Origin: an uncultured Bacilli bacterium
GTDB taxonomy: Bacteria; Bacillota_I; Bacilli_A; RF39; UBA660
Assembly (NCBI GenBank): GCA_934096945.1
Contig: CAKOND010000004.1
Location: 18,569-82,568, forward strand
Direction of reading: 5' to 3'
Length of the DNA stretch: 64,000 bases
The notes beneath the pieces are model-generated. The model made no database searches, was not told the origin of the DNA, and worked only from the letters and a program-made list of their open reading frames with translations. Below, piece after piece: positions 12,145 through 22,158 of this stretch. Every line of letters begins with the position of its first letter. The first letter of the stretch is position 1. Made by a program: the position numbers and the translations under genes.

Positions 12145-12441
12145 ATGAATATGCAACAAATTATGCAACAAGCACAAAGAATGCAAAGGGATATTACAAA
12201 GAAAAAAGAAGAAATAGATGCTATGGAATTTACTGGCAAATCTGAGTGGGTTGAAATAGTTTTTAATGGAAAAAAGGAAATTAAATCATTTAAATTATTA
12301 AGGGAAGGGACTATTGATGCTGATGATAAAGAAATGCTTGAAGATATGATTATGATAGCAATTAAAGATGCATTTACAAAAATAGATAAAGAAACTGAAA
12401 ATAAACTTGGAAGTTATGCGTCTATGAGTGGACTTTTCTAA
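12145..12441 (+). CDS. ybaB: Nucleoid-associated protein YbaB/EbfC
   Basis: 98 aa starting MNMQQIMQQAQRMQ, typical of the YbaB family. Position between dnaX and recR. Confidence 0.85.
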   Translation: MNMQQIMQQAQRMQRDITKKKEEIDAMEFTGKSEWVEIVFNGKKEIKSFKLLREGTIDADDKEMLEDMIMIAIKDAFTKIDKETENKLGSYASMSGLF

Positions 12442-12442
12442 A

Positions 12443-13042
12443 ATGATATATCCAGAGTCACTAGAAAAATTAATTAATTATTATAAGAAATTACCAGGTA
12501 TCGGGGAAAAAAATGCTGAAAGACTTGCTCTTGCAACTTTGAATTTCAAAGAAGAAGATTTAGATAAGTTTTCCGATGCTATTAGAAATGTTAAAAAGAT
12601 ACATAAATGTAGTATTTGTGGACATTTAACTGAAGGTGATATTTGCAATATTTGTGCAGATCCTTCACGTGATAAGAATTTAATATGTGTTATTGAAGAC
12701 TATAAAAGTGTATTTTCCTTTGAAAAAGCAGGTAATTTCCGTGGTGTTTATCATGTTTTAAATGGTCTTATTAGTCCCGCAGATAATATTGGTCCTGATA
12801 ATATTAATTTATCTAGTTTAGTTAAAAGAGTTGAAGCATCAAAGAAACCTGAATTGATACTGGCATTAAAATCAACAGTTGAAGGTGAAACAACAACACT
12901 TTATATAAAGAAAATATTTGAAAAGAAAAATGTGCTTATATCTAGGCTTTCTTATGGAATACCTATGGGTGCAGAAATAGATTATTTAGATATAATTACT
13001 TTAGATAAAGCATTAGAAGATAGAAAAAAAATAAGTGATTAA
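12443..13042 (+). CDS. recR: Recombination protein RecR
   Basis: C4 zinc finger CSICGHLTEGDICNIC, Toprim domain, and an HhH N-terminus (LPGIGEKNAERLA). The likely start is ATG 12443 (MIYPESLEKLI), directly after the ybaB stop. The ORF-track start at 12428 overlaps ybaB. Confidence 0.88.
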   Translation: MIYPESLEKLINYYKKLPGIGEKNAERLALATLNFKEEDLDKFSDAIRNVKKIHKCSICGHLTEGDICNICADPSRDKNLICVIEDYKSVFSFEKAGNFRGVYHVLNGLISPADNIGPDNINLSSLVKRVEASKKPELILALKSTVEGETTTLYIKKIFEKKNVLISRLSYGIPMGAEIDYLDIITLDKALEDRKKISD

Positions 13043-13066
13043 AAAATAAATTTTTCATATAGTTTA

Positions 13067-13267
13067 ATGGAGAAGCTTATGAAAAAAGTTATATTTGTTG
13101 TAGTAAAAAAAATAGTACTTGCAATATGCTTAGTATATGCCTTTAATTTACTAGCATCTGGTTTAAAAGTGTTTATTCCAATTAATGTTGTAACAGTAAG
13201 TGTTGTTGCATCACTTGGAATGAGTGGACTTTTGGCTTTGGTAGCAATATATTTTGTTTTACTCTAG
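13067..13267 (+). CDS. Small two-TM membrane protein, possibly a BofA-family pro-sigma-K processing inhibitor
   Basis: 66 aa with two hydrophobic helices. It occupies the position after recR where Bacillus has yaaL-bofA. No diagnostic motif beyond size, topology and synteny. Confidence 0.35.
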   Translation: MEKLMKKVIFVVVKKIVLAICLVYAFNLLASGLKVFIPINVVTVSVVASLGMSGLLALVAIYFVLL

Positions 13268-13276
13268 GAGGCAGAA

Positions 13277-14146
13277 GTGGAAGCAAAAGCATTAGAAAAA
13301 TTAGTAAAATATTACCATGAGAATAAAATATCTCATGCTTATTTGCTTGAAACAAATAATTTAGAAAAATGCTTTTTAGAGCTTAAAACAGTTATAAAAC
13401 AAATATTTTGTCAAGATGAATATAGTGAAAAGTGTTCTAAATGTAATTTATGTAATTTAGTAGACCAAAATTATTTACCATCACTTGTAATTATTGAACC
13501 AGATGGAATGAATATTAAAAAAGAACAGGTACTTGAGCTAAAGAAACAATTTAGTATGGTACCAATTTATACTAAAGATAATATTTATGTTATAAAAAAT
13601 GCTGAAAAGTTAAATGGAGCTTCTGCGAATACAATGCTTAAGTTTTTGGAAGAACCTGAACCAAATATTATAGGTTTTTTTATAACTGATAATGCAAATA
13701 ATGTTATATCTACGATTAAAAGTAGATGTGAAACTGTAAAAGTTTATTATGATAATCATGAACTCGACATAAATTCAATTAATAATGATACATATAAAGA
13801 TTATACAGATATAGCAATTAATTATTTATATAAATTAGAAGTAGAAAAAAAAGATGTAATAATGTATAATAAAGATGTAATTTTGTGTAAGTTTAAAGAA
13901 AGAGAAGAAATTAAAACTATTTTTAAGATAATTCTTATTATTTATGAAGAGTTATTAAATAAAGTAATGGGATTTGAAAATAAGTTTAGTTTTAATAATT
14001 TGAATAACTTATGTCAATTATATTATAAAGATATATTAAAAAGAATAAATTTAGTTATTAAATTTATTGATGATATAGATAGCAATGTTAATATTGAATT
14101 ATTACTTGATAAATTTGTTATAGAATTAGGTGATTATAGTGAGTAA
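13277..14146 (+). CDS. holB: DNA polymerase III subunit delta-prime
   Basis: 289 aa clamp-loader fold with a degenerate P-loop (HAYLLE..). Synteny before yaaT/ricT as in Bacillus. GTG start after RBS GGAGG. Confidence 0.7.
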   Translation: MEAKALEKLVKYYHENKISHAYLLETNNLEKCFLELKTVIKQIFCQDEYSEKCSKCNLCNLVDQNYLPSLVIIEPDGMNIKKEQVLELKKQFSMVPIYTKDNIYVIKNAEKLNGASANTMLKFLEEPEPNIIGFFITDNANNVISTIKSRCETVKVYYDNHELDINSINNDTYKDYTDIAINYLYKLEVEKKDVIMYNKDVILCKFKEREEIKTIFKIILIIYEELLNKVMGFENKFSFNNLNNLCQLYYKDILKRINLVIKFIDDIDSNVNIELLLDKFVIELGDYSE

Positions 14147-14912
14147 AGTTTATGGTGTAGTATTTAATGGATTAAATAAAAAATATTATTATGAAAGTGA
14201 TGAAGATTTAGCGTTAGATACACTTGTAATTGTTAATACTGAAAGAGGTCTTCAACTTGTTAAAGTTGCTGAAGTTTTAGATAAAAACCTTGAAGAAGAT
14301 TTAGATAAAATAGAAAGAGTTGCAACTGATGAAGAATATGATGATTATTTAAATAATTTGAAAGATGCAGATAGGGCTTTGAAGAAATGTATTGAGTTTG
14401 CTAAAGAACTTGAACTTGATATGAATGTTGTTAATGCACAATTTAATTTAGATAGGAGTCAGCTTTTATTTAACTTTACAGCTGATGCTAGAGTAGATTT
14501 TAGAGAACTTGCTAAAAGACTTGCTTCAATTTATCACACTAGAATTGAATTAAGACAAATCGGAGCGCGTGATAAAGCTAAAGAAATTGGTGGTATTGGT
14601 GTTTGTGGTGGAGAATTATGTTGCCTTAGATTTTTAAAAAGAATTGATACTATAAGCATGAATATGGCAAAAGATCAAAATTTAGCATTAAATCCATCAA
14701 AAATAAATGGAGTTTGTGGAAGACTTTTGTGTTGTCTTGCTTATGAAGATGAAGCTTATATTGAAGCAGTTAAGAAATTACCTAAAGTTGGTGAAAAAAT
14801 TAAAACTAAAAACGGTGAAGCAGAGGTTGTTAGTGTAGATATTATAAATCATCGTGGAAAGATTATGCTTAATGGAGAAAAAGTAGATTATGATTTCGAA
14901 AGTGAAGAATGA
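14130..14912 (+). CDS. ricT: PSP1 C-terminal domain protein RicT (stage 0 sporulation protein YaaT)
   Basis: 260 aa with conserved Cys clusters GVCGGELCCLRF and CGRLLCCLAYE, typical of YaaT/PSP1. Synteny holB-yaaT. Confidence 0.8.
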   Translation: MIIVSKVYGVVFNGLNKKYYYESDEDLALDTLVIVNTERGLQLVKVAEVLDKNLEEDLDKIERVATDEEYDDYLNNLKDADRALKKCIEFAKELELDMNVVNAQFNLDRSQLLFNFTADARVDFRELAKRLASIYHTRIELRQIGARDKAKEIGGIGVCGGELCCLRFLKRIDTISMNMAKDQNLALNPSKINGVCGRLLCCLAYEDEAYIEAVKKLPKVGEKIKTKNGEAEVVSVDIINHRGKIMLNGEKVDYDFESEE

Positions 14913-14940
14913 TTTATTTGATTATCCCAATAGATATATT

Positions 14941-15612
14941 ATGCAAATCAAAGATGGGTTTAAGTTTTCCTTGGACTCACTTTTACTCGCGGAATTTACT
15001 AAATTACGTCAAAGTGATAAACTGATTTTAGATATGTGTACTGGCAATGCTCCGGTCCCTTTGGTGTTGAGTTTGAAAACTGATGCTAAAATTATAGGTT
15101 TTGAATTACAAAGAGCTATTGCAGAACTTGCCTGGGAGTCTATATCTATAAATGGACTTGATAAACAAATAAAAGTTATTAATGATGATGTTAAAAATAT
15201 TGGTGAATTTTTTAAACCAAATACATTTGATGTAATAACATGTAATCCACCTTATTTTAAAATAAATGATGATAAAAACAAAAATAAAAATGATTACTTA
15301 ACACTTGCAAGACATGAAATTGCTATAGATTTAGAGACTATTTTTAAGCTTGTTAATAGATTTTTAAAAGATAATGGTATTTTTTATATGGTACATAGAG
15401 CTGAAAGACTTGATGAAATTATAATTTTGGCAAATAAATATAAGTTAAATGTTAAAGAAATTCAATTTATTTCAACTAAAAAGAATAATAATCCAAGTAC
15501 TATTTTAGTTAAATGTGTTAAAAATAGTAAGATTGGTGTTAAAATAAAAAGAGAAATCTGTGTTGATAACCTAAGTACTTATCAACATTTATTTGAAGGG
15601 AGTGGTAAATAA
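14941..15612 (+). CDS. tRNA1(Val) adenine-37 N6-methyltransferase (TrmN6/YabB-like)
   Basis: SAM-methyltransferase fold with the NPPY catalytic motif (CNPPYFK). The likely start is ATG 14941 (MQIKDGFKF). The ORF-track start at 14890 overlaps ricT. Confidence 0.75.
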   Translation: MQIKDGFKFSLDSLLLAEFTKLRQSDKLILDMCTGNAPVPLVLSLKTDAKIIGFELQRAIAELAWESISINGLDKQIKVINDDVKNIGEFFKPNTFDVITCNPPYFKINDDKNKNKNDYLTLARHEIAIDLETIFKLVNRFLKDNGIFYMVHRAERLDEIIILANKYKLNVKEIQFISTKKNNNPSTILVKCVKNSKIGVKIKREICVDNLSTYQHLFEGSGK

Positions 15613-16163
15613 TGAAACTTATTGTGGGCCTTGGAAATCCAGGTAAAGAATATGAAAATACTAGACATAATATAGGTTTTATGGTTTTAGATGATTATTT
15701 AGGAAATGTTAAATGGTCAAATAAATTTAATGCTTTATATTATGAAAGTTTTATTGGAACTGAAAAAGTAATATTTTTAAAACCTTTAACTTATATGAAT
15801 AATTCTGGTAATGCTGTTGGTGAGTTTGTTAGATATTATAATTTTGATATGAAAGACATTTTAATTATTCAAGATGATTTAGATGAAGAAATTGGCTTAT
15901 ATAAATTAAAGGTGAATTCATCTAGTGGTGGTCATAATGGTATCAAATCAATCATTAATTCTCTTGGAACTCAAAGTTTTCCTAGGTTAAAGGTAGGAAT
16001 TGGAAGCGTTAAAAAAGATGAAGTAATAGATTATGTACTTGGAAAATTTAGTAAGAAAGAAATGGAAATATTAGATAATGAATTTAGTATTTTTAGAAAA
16101 ATAATTGAATCTTTTGTAAATGTAGGAATAGATAAAACAATGAATGTTTATAATACTAAATAA
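15612..16163 (+). CDS. pth: Peptidyl-tRNA hydrolase
   Basis: MKLIVGLGNPGKEYENTRHNIGF is the canonical Pth N-terminus, with catalytic His and Asp. Start overlaps the upstream stop (ATGA). Confidence 0.92.
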   Translation: MKLIVGLGNPGKEYENTRHNIGFMVLDDYLGNVKWSNKFNALYYESFIGTEKVIFLKPLTYMNNSGNAVGEFVRYYNFDMKDILIIQDDLDEEIGLYKLKVNSSSGGHNGIKSIINSLGTQSFPRLKVGIGSVKKDEVIDYVLGKFSKKEMEILDNEFSIFRKIIESFVNVGIDKTMNVYNTK

Positions 16164-16172
16164 AGAGGAAAT

Positions 16173-19100
16173 ATGAAGTTTTTAGATGAATATTTTAAAT
16201 ATGAAATTGGAACGGAAATATCTGGTTTAACTAATGAGTTAAACGTTTTTTACGTTGATAAATTAAGTGAAAAGTATGATAGAAATATAATTGTTCTTAC
16301 AAGTTCTTTGTTTGAAGCTAATAAAATATATGATAATTTAGTTAAAATACATGATAATACTTTACTATTTCCGATGGATGATTTTTTGTCATCAATGTTA
16401 GTGGCAAGTAGTCCCGAACTTAAGTATAAAAGACTTGAAACTTTAGATAAATTAAAAAGTGATAATAGATATATTATAGTTACAAACTTAATGGGATATT
16501 TAAAATATTTACCTAGTGCTAGTATTAAAAATTATATTGATATTAAGAAAAATGGTATTATTAAACGTGATGATTTAGTTAAAGAAATAGATGCCTTAGG
16601 TTATCATCGTGAGTCTTTAGTTACAATGTCCGGTGAATATGCTGTTCGTGGATTTATTTTAGACTTGTATCCGATTGATTATGTTCATCCGGTTAGAATT
16701 GAATTTGATGGTAATGTAATAGATAATATTAAATACTTTGATGAAAATACGCAGATGTCAAATGATGATATTCATGATATTAAAATTAAAGCTATTGATG
16801 AAATGGTATCAAGTGATAAAAATTCTTTATTTGATTATGCAGAAAATCCTTTGGTAGTTTATGTAGATAAATCTCAGATTGAAGCATCATACTCAAAGTT
16901 ATTTGATGATATATCGGAATATAAAGAGTCAAATGAAATTAATGAAGATTTGATGTATTCCTTAGATGATATTCATGATAATGATAGAATATATGTAAAT
17001 TTATTTTCAAGTGGGAGTTTAAATTTAAAAGCACAAAGTATTATAAATTACAAAGAAAATTTTGAAAAATTGGCTGCTGATTATGATGCTTGGATTGCGA
17101 GTGGGAAAATAGTATATTTTTATTTAAGTAAAGTAGAAGAAAAGAAAAAGTTACTTAAGATTATACCTAGTGCTCATGTAGTAATGAAAGAATTATCTCA
17201 TGGTTTTATACTGGATAAATATGTAGTTATTTCTGAAAATGATATTGAAGATGTAAAAGTAAGTAATGGAGTTTATAAAAATAATTTCCATGTTGGTAAA
17301 AGAATAAAGGACTTTAATCAACTTGAAAAAGGAGATTATGTTGTACATATTTCTCATGGTATTGGTATTTATCAAGGAATTACTACGCTTTCTGTTCGTG
17401 GTGTTCAAAAAGATTTTTTAACAATATTTTATGAGGGCTCAGATAAGATTTATGTTCCGGTTGAAAAAATTAATTTAATTTATAAATATACTGGTAAGGA
17501 TGGAATAAAACCAAAACTTAATAAACTTGGAAGTACAAATTGGGAAAAAACTAAAAAATATATTTCTGAAAAAGTAAAAGATATTTCAAGAGAACTTATT
17601 ATTCTTTATAAAAAAAGATTGGAACTTAAAAAGAAACCATATAAAGATTATCCTGAAGAAGATGTGTTTGCTAGTGAATTTAAGTATGCCCTTACGGTAG
17701 ACCAAGCTAAAGCAGTGTTAGAAATTAATAATGACTTAAAAAAAGATAATCCAATGGATAGATTATTATGTGGAGATGTAGGTTTTGGTAAAACAGAAGT
17801 TGCAATGAGAGCAATGTTTAAGGCAGTTTTAAATAATGAACAAGTACTTTATTTGTGTCCCACTACAATACTTTCAAAACAACAATATAATGTGGCAAAA
17901 GAAAGGTTTAAAAATTGGCCTGTAGAAATAGCGCTTTTAAATCGACATGTAAGTGTTCGAGAAACTCATAGAATACTTGAAGATTTAAAAAAAGGGAAAA
18001 TAGATATATTATTTGGTACTCATAGAATACTTAGTGATGATATCGTTTGTAAGAATTTAGGGATGCTTGTGGTTGATGAAGAGCAAAGATTTGGAGTTAC
18101 GCACAAAGAAAAAATAAAAACTATGAAAAGTGATGTTAATGTTTTAACTTTAAGTGCAACTCCGATACCTAGAACTTTAAAGATGGCGATGTCAGGTCTT
18201 AGAGATTTATCAGTTATTGATACACCACCAGTTAATAGATATCCTGTTCAAACTTATGTAGCTGTTGAAGATGACTTTTTAATTAAAGATGCTATTTATA
18301 AAGAACTTGCTAGAAAAGGACAAGTATTTATTCTTTATAATAGGGTGGAAACTATTGAAAAATATATGAATCATATTCATGAGTTAGTGCCTGATGCTAA
18401 AATAAATTTTGCGCATGGAAAAATGGAAAAAGATGAACTTGATAATATAATGACATCTTTTATAAATAATGAGTTTGATATTTTGATTTGTACAACAATA
18501 ATTGAAAGTGGAATTGATATACCAAATGTTAATACACTAATTATTCATGATGCTGATAATTTTGGTTTAAGTCAGCTTTATCAAATACGTGGTCGTGTCG
18601 GTCGTAGTGATAAGGTTGCTTATGCATATTTAATGTATGAAAAAAATAAAATGCTTAATGATATTGCAATTAAAAGACTTAATACTATTAAGGAATTTAC
18701 GGAACTTGGTAGTGGATATAGAATAGCAATGAGGGATTTAAGTTTGAGAGGTGCAGGTGATGTATTTGGAGCTTCTCAGGCAGGTTTTGTTGATAGTGTT
18801 GGAATTTCACTTTATATGAAAATGATTGAAGATGAAATTAAACGTCAACGTGGAGAAACTGTGGAAGAGGAAGATACTGATACTCAAGCTTTAATTAACG
18901 TAAATACTCATATTAGTGATACCTATGTATCTGATGAAGATATTAAAATTGAAATACATCAAAAGATTAATGAAATTGACTCTTATGAAAAGATGTTAAA
19001 AATTAAAAATGAGTTAGAAGATAGATTTGGTAAAGTTACTCCAGATATGCTTGTTTATATGTACGAAGAATGGTTTGAAAAACTTGCTAAAAAATATAAC

Positions 19101-19322
19101 ATTAAACAAGTTGTTCAAACAGATAGAAGTATTGAAATTACATTACCTGAAGAAATATCAAGTAATATTAAAGGTGATAAGCTTTTAATCGAGGCTATGA
19201 ACTTATCAAGAAGTTTTAATATAAAATATGTTAATAAGAAAATTAGTATTTTGCTTTATACAAAAGATTTACCTAAACATTTTATATTTTATATAGTAAC
19301 TTTACTTGAAAAAATACTTTAA
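16173..19322 (+). CDS. mfd: Transcription-repair coupling factor Mfd
   Basis: 1049 aa with a UvrB-homology module, RNAP-interacting domain, DEAD/DEAH translocase (GDVGFGKTEVA, DEEQRFG) and a TRCF C-terminal domain. pth-mfd-spoVT order as in Bacillus. Confidence 0.9.
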   Translation: MKFLDEYFKYEIGTEISGLTNELNVFYVDKLSEKYDRNIIVLTSSLFEANKIYDNLVKIHDNTLLFPMDDFLSSMLVASSPELKYKRLETLDKLKSDNRYIIVTNLMGYLKYLPSASIKNYIDIKKNGIIKRDDLVKEIDALGYHRESLVTMSGEYAVRGFILDLYPIDYVHPVRIEFDGNVIDNIKYFDENTQMSNDDIHDIKIKAIDEMVSSDKNSLFDYAENPLVVYVDKSQIEASYSKLFDDISEYKESNEINEDLMYSLDDIHDNDRIYVNLFSSGSLNLKAQSIINYKENFEKLAADYDAWIASGKIVYFYLSKVEEKKKLLKIIPSAHVVMKELSHGFILDKYVVISENDIEDVKVSNGVYKNNFHVGKRIKDFNQLEKGDYVVHISHGIGIYQGITTLSVRGVQKDFLTIFYEGSDKIYVPVEKINLIYKYTGKDGIKPKLNKLGSTNWEKTKKYISEKVKDISRELIILYKKRLELKKKPYKDYPEEDVFASEFKYALTVDQAKAVLEINNDLKKDNPMDRLLCGDVGFGKTEVAMRAMFKAVLNNEQVLYLCPTTILSKQQYNVAKERFKNWPVEIALLNRHVSVRETHRILEDLKKGKIDILFGTHRILSDDIVCKNLGMLVVDEEQRFGVTHKEKIKTMKSDVNVLTLSATPIPRTLKMAMSGLRDLSVIDTPPVNRYPVQTYVAVEDDFLIKDAIYKELARKGQVFILYNRVETIEKYMNHIHELVPDAKINFAHGKMEKDELDNIMTSFINNEFDILICTTIIESGIDIPNVNTLIIHDADNFGLSQLYQIRGRVGRSDKVAYAYLMYEKNKMLNDIAIKRLNTIKEFTELGSGYRIAMRDLSLRGAGDVFGASQAGFVDSVGISLYMKMIEDEIKRQRGETVEEEDTDTQALINVNTHISDTYVSDEDIKIEIHQKINEIDSYEKMLKIKNELEDRFGKVTPDMLVYMYEEWFEKLAKKYNIKQVVQTDRSIEITLPEEISSNIKGDKLLIEAMNLSRSFNIKYVNKKISILLYTKDLPKHFIFYIVTLLEKIL

Positions 19323-19376
19323 TACATAAAAAAAATAATTTGTTCCACAATAAGTAATGAAGTGGAGTGAATTTTT

Positions 19377-19889
19377 TTGAAACAAACTGGTGTAACGAGA
19401 AAAATAGATGAACTTGGAAGAATAGTTATTCCTAAGGAAATTAGAAAAAACTTAGGTATTAGGGATGGTGAGGCTTTAGAAATATTTACTAGTGAAGATA
19501 GTATAATATTAAAAAAATATTTTGAAGTTAGAAAGTATGAAGATTTAAGTAGTAAATTGTGCGAGCTTATTAAAAATATTTATAATGTTGATTTAGTAAT
19601 TACGGATAGAGAAAAGGTGATTACTTCTTCGAATAAGGATATTGTGGAAAACACTAAACTTAATAACAAATTTTTAGATCTTATTGATAATAGAGAAATG
19701 TTTATAAGTAGGGAAATATTAACAATAAATTTAGGTATTGATATAAGTGGATATTTTACAGTTATACCTATTATTGCATCAAGTGACTCATTGGGGCTTG
19801 TTATAATTATAAGTGATAATGCTAATGATTATAGTTCTTTGGGTAAGTTACTAGCAAAGATTATTGCTGATAAAATTGATATATTTTAA
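19377..19889 (+). CDS. spoVT: Stage V sporulation regulator SpoVT (AbrB-N swapped-hairpin domain plus GAF-like C-domain)
   Basis: N-terminus MKQTGVTRKIDELGRIVIPKEIRKNLGIRDGEALEI matches the AbrB/SpoVT DNA-binding domain. The 170-aa length and the position after mfd fit SpoVT. TTG start after RBS GGAGTG. Confidence 0.75.
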   Translation: MKQTGVTRKIDELGRIVIPKEIRKNLGIRDGEALEIFTSEDSIILKKYFEVRKYEDLSSKLCELIKNIYNVDLVITDREKVITSSNKDIVENTKLNNKFLDLIDNREMFISREILTINLGIDISGYFTVIPIIASSDSLGLVIIISDNANDYSSLGKLLAKIIADKIDIF

Positions 19890-19924
19890 CTTGAATTAAA
19901 CTAAGATTTATGATAAACTAGTTT

Positions 19925-20125
19925 TAATTAACGAAGAAGGAAAGAGTAGATATCATTCATTTCATAGAGATTTCTTGGTTGGTGGAAAAGAAAAAATGAA
20001 GATATTCGAACATGGCTCTGGAGTTAAAATCGGGTAATTACGTTATAGATTTTAAGTTGCATGATAAATCATGAATTAAGGTGGTACCGCGGGTTATACT
20101 CGTCCTTAGTTTGTGATTTTTTTTT
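19925..20125 (+). promoter_or_regulatory. T-box riboswitch leader (probable Met specifier) upstream of dut-metG-tatD
   Basis: 20074-20093 AATTAAGGTGGTACCGCGGG matches the T-box consensus AATTAGGGTGGNACCGCGG at 18 of 19. A 16-bp helix (20066-20081 with 20104-20119) is followed by a T9 tract at 20117-20125. Upstream there is a candidate stem I with AGAGA and an AUGA specifier-like triplet at 19996-19999. Confidence 0.6.
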
Positions 20126-20135
20126 GGAGGTAAAT

Positions 20136-20633
20136 ATGAGAAAGTTTGAAAAAATAAGTTATCCTGAATTTGTTAAAGTTTTTGGAGATAATAAAACTTT
20201 ATATGATGATTATATGCTCCCTTTAAGAGGGACAAAATGTAGTGCAGGTTATGATTTTTTTGCCATAAAAGATTATGTTATTAAACCAAATGAGATTGTG
20301 AAGATACCGACTGGTTATAAAGCTGCTTTTGAAAGTGATGAAATGCTTATGATTGTGGTAAGAAGTAGTATGGGTTTTAAATATAATGTAAGACTTACTA
20401 ATCAAGTGGGAATTATTGAAAGTGATTACTATAATAATTCAGATAATGAAGGTCATATGTGGGTATGCTTACAAAATCATGATGATAAAGAATATATAAT
20501 AAATAAAGGAGATGCTTATGCCCAAGGGATTTTTGTTAAATTTTTAATAACTGATGATGATAAAGCTGATGCAGTTAGAACTGGTGGCATAGGTAGTACA
20601 AATAAAAAGAAAGAAGGAAATAAAAATGAATAA
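20136..20633 (+). CDS. dut: dUTP diphosphatase (trimeric dUTPase family)
   Basis: The SAGYDFFA motif and beta-rich fold are typical of dUTPases. The true start is ATG 20136 (MRKFEKI) after GGAGG. The ORF-track start at 20061 would run through the T-box terminator. Confidence 0.7.
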   Translation: MRKFEKISYPEFVKVFGDNKTLYDDYMLPLRGTKCSAGYDFFAIKDYVIKPNEIVKIPTGYKAAFESDEMLMIVVRSSMGFKYNVRLTNQVGIIESDYYNNSDNEGHMWVCLQNHDDKEYIINKGDAYAQGIFVKFLITDDDKADAVRTGGIGSTNKKKEGNKNE

Positions 20634-22158
20634 AAAATATTACATAACAACACCAATATATTATCCAAGTGCAAATTTTCATATTGGTCATTGTTATACA
20701 ACTATAATAGCGGATGCTATTGCAAGATATAAAAGATTAAATGGATATGATGTGTTTTTTCAAACTGGAACTGATGAACATGGAGCAAAAATTGAACAAA
20801 AAGCAAAGGAAGCTGGTGTAACACCAAAGGAATATGTTGATGTTATAATTGAAAATGCTAAAGATTTATGGAAAAGTTTAAATATATCTTATGATTATTT
20901 TATTAGAACAACTGATGAAAATCATGTTAAAGCTGTGCAAAAAATATTTAAAAAATTATATGACCAAGGGGATATTTATAAAGGTTCTTATGAAGGTCTA
21001 TATTGTGTTCCCTGTGAGTCCTTTTGGACTGAAACTCAACTTGTAGATGGAAAATGTCCGGATTGTGGAAGAGATGTTAAAACTGTTACTGAAGAAGCTT
21101 ACTTCTTTAGATTATCAAAATATCAAGATAAATTAATTGAATTATATGAAAATAATCCTGAATTTATTTTACCTGTTTCAAGAAAGAATGAGCTTGTAAA
21201 TAACTTTATTAAACCAGGACTTGAAGATTTATGTGTGTCAAGAACATCAGTTAAATGGGGAATTCCTGTAGATTTTGATCCAAAGCATGTAATTTATGTA
21301 TGGATTGATGCTTTATCAAACTATATTACATCTTTAGGTTATCCAGATGAAAATGCTCCATTATTTAAAAAGTATTGGCCAGCTGATTTACATTTAGTAG
21401 GTAAAGAAATTACAAGATTTCATGCTATTATTTGGCCAGCACTTCTTATGGCTTTAGATTTACCACTTCCAAAACAAGTATTTGGTCATGGATGGCTTGT
21501 TATAAATGGTGGTAAGATTTCTAAGTCACTAGGCAATTATAAAGACCCAAGAGAATATATTGATGCTTATGGTGTTGATGCTGTTAGATATTTTGCTTTA
21601 AGGGAAGTATCTTTTGGAAGTGATGGCGCTTTCTCTGAAGAAGCCTTGATTAATAGAACAAATGCAGATTTGGTAAATAATTTAGGAAATTTAGTTAATA
21701 GAACAATAAGCATGAGTCATAAATATTTTGATGGCGTGGTAGAAAATCCAAGAGTAAATGAAGAAATTGATAATGACTTAATTAGTGCTGTTACAAGTTT
21801 AAAAGCAAAAGTTGATGAAAAAATGGATGGTTTAAAAGTTAATGAAGCTTTAGAAGAAATATTTGAAGTTTTAAAAAGATGTAATAAATATATTGATGAA
21901 ACTACACCATGGATACTTGCTAAAGATGAGACTAAACATGATAGATTAAAAACAGTTTTATATAATATTTTAGAAAGTATCAGAGTATGTGCTATACTTC
22001 TTGAACCATTTATTAATGTTACAAGTGAAAAAATATTAAATGAACTTAATACAAATGAAAGAAGTATTGAAAGTATAAGTGAATTTGGTAATTTAGAATG
22101 TGGAATTACATTAAATAAACCTGAGATATTGTTTAATAGGATTGAAGTAAATGGATAA
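20626..22158 (+). CDS. metG: Methionine--tRNA ligase (short form)
   Basis: HIGH motif (ANFHIGHCYT), KMSKS (KISKSLGN) and a zinc knuckle (CVPCESF..CPDCG). The start overlaps the dut stop. Confidence 0.92.
   Translation: MNKKYYITTPIYYPSANFHIGHCYTTIIADAIARYKRLNGYDVFFQTGTDEHGAKIEQKAKEAGVTPKEYVDVIIENAKDLWKSLNISYDYFIRTTDENHVKAVQKIFKKLYDQGDIYKGSYEGLYCVPCESFWTETQLVDGKCPDCGRDVKTVTEEAYFFRLSKYQDKLIELYENNPEFILPVSRKNELVNNFIKPGLEDLCVSRTSVKWGIPVDFDPKHVIYVWIDALSNYITSLGYPDENAPLFKKYWPADLHLVGKEITRFHAIIWPALLMALDLPLPKQVFGHGWLVINGGKISKSLGNYKDPREYIDAYGVDAVRYFALREVSFGSDGAFSEEALINRTNADLVNNLGNLVNRTISMSHKYFDGVVENPRVNEEIDNDLISAVTSLKAKVDEKMDGLKVNEALEEIFEVLKRCNKYIDETTPWILAKDETKHDRLKTVLYNILESIRVCAILLEPFINVTSEKILNELNTNERSIESISEFGNLECGITLNKPEILFNRIEVNG

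Noticed and set aside
11977-12186. 69-aa minus-strand ORF inside dnaX
   Set aside because: Antisense to a conserved gene, with a Ser/Phe-rich low-complexity product.
17193-17408. 71-aa minus-strand ORF inside mfd
   Set aside because: Antisense, AT-rich codon artefact.
20223-20701. Two minus-strand ORFs (60 and 61 aa) over dut/metG
   Set aside because: Antisense to conserved genes.
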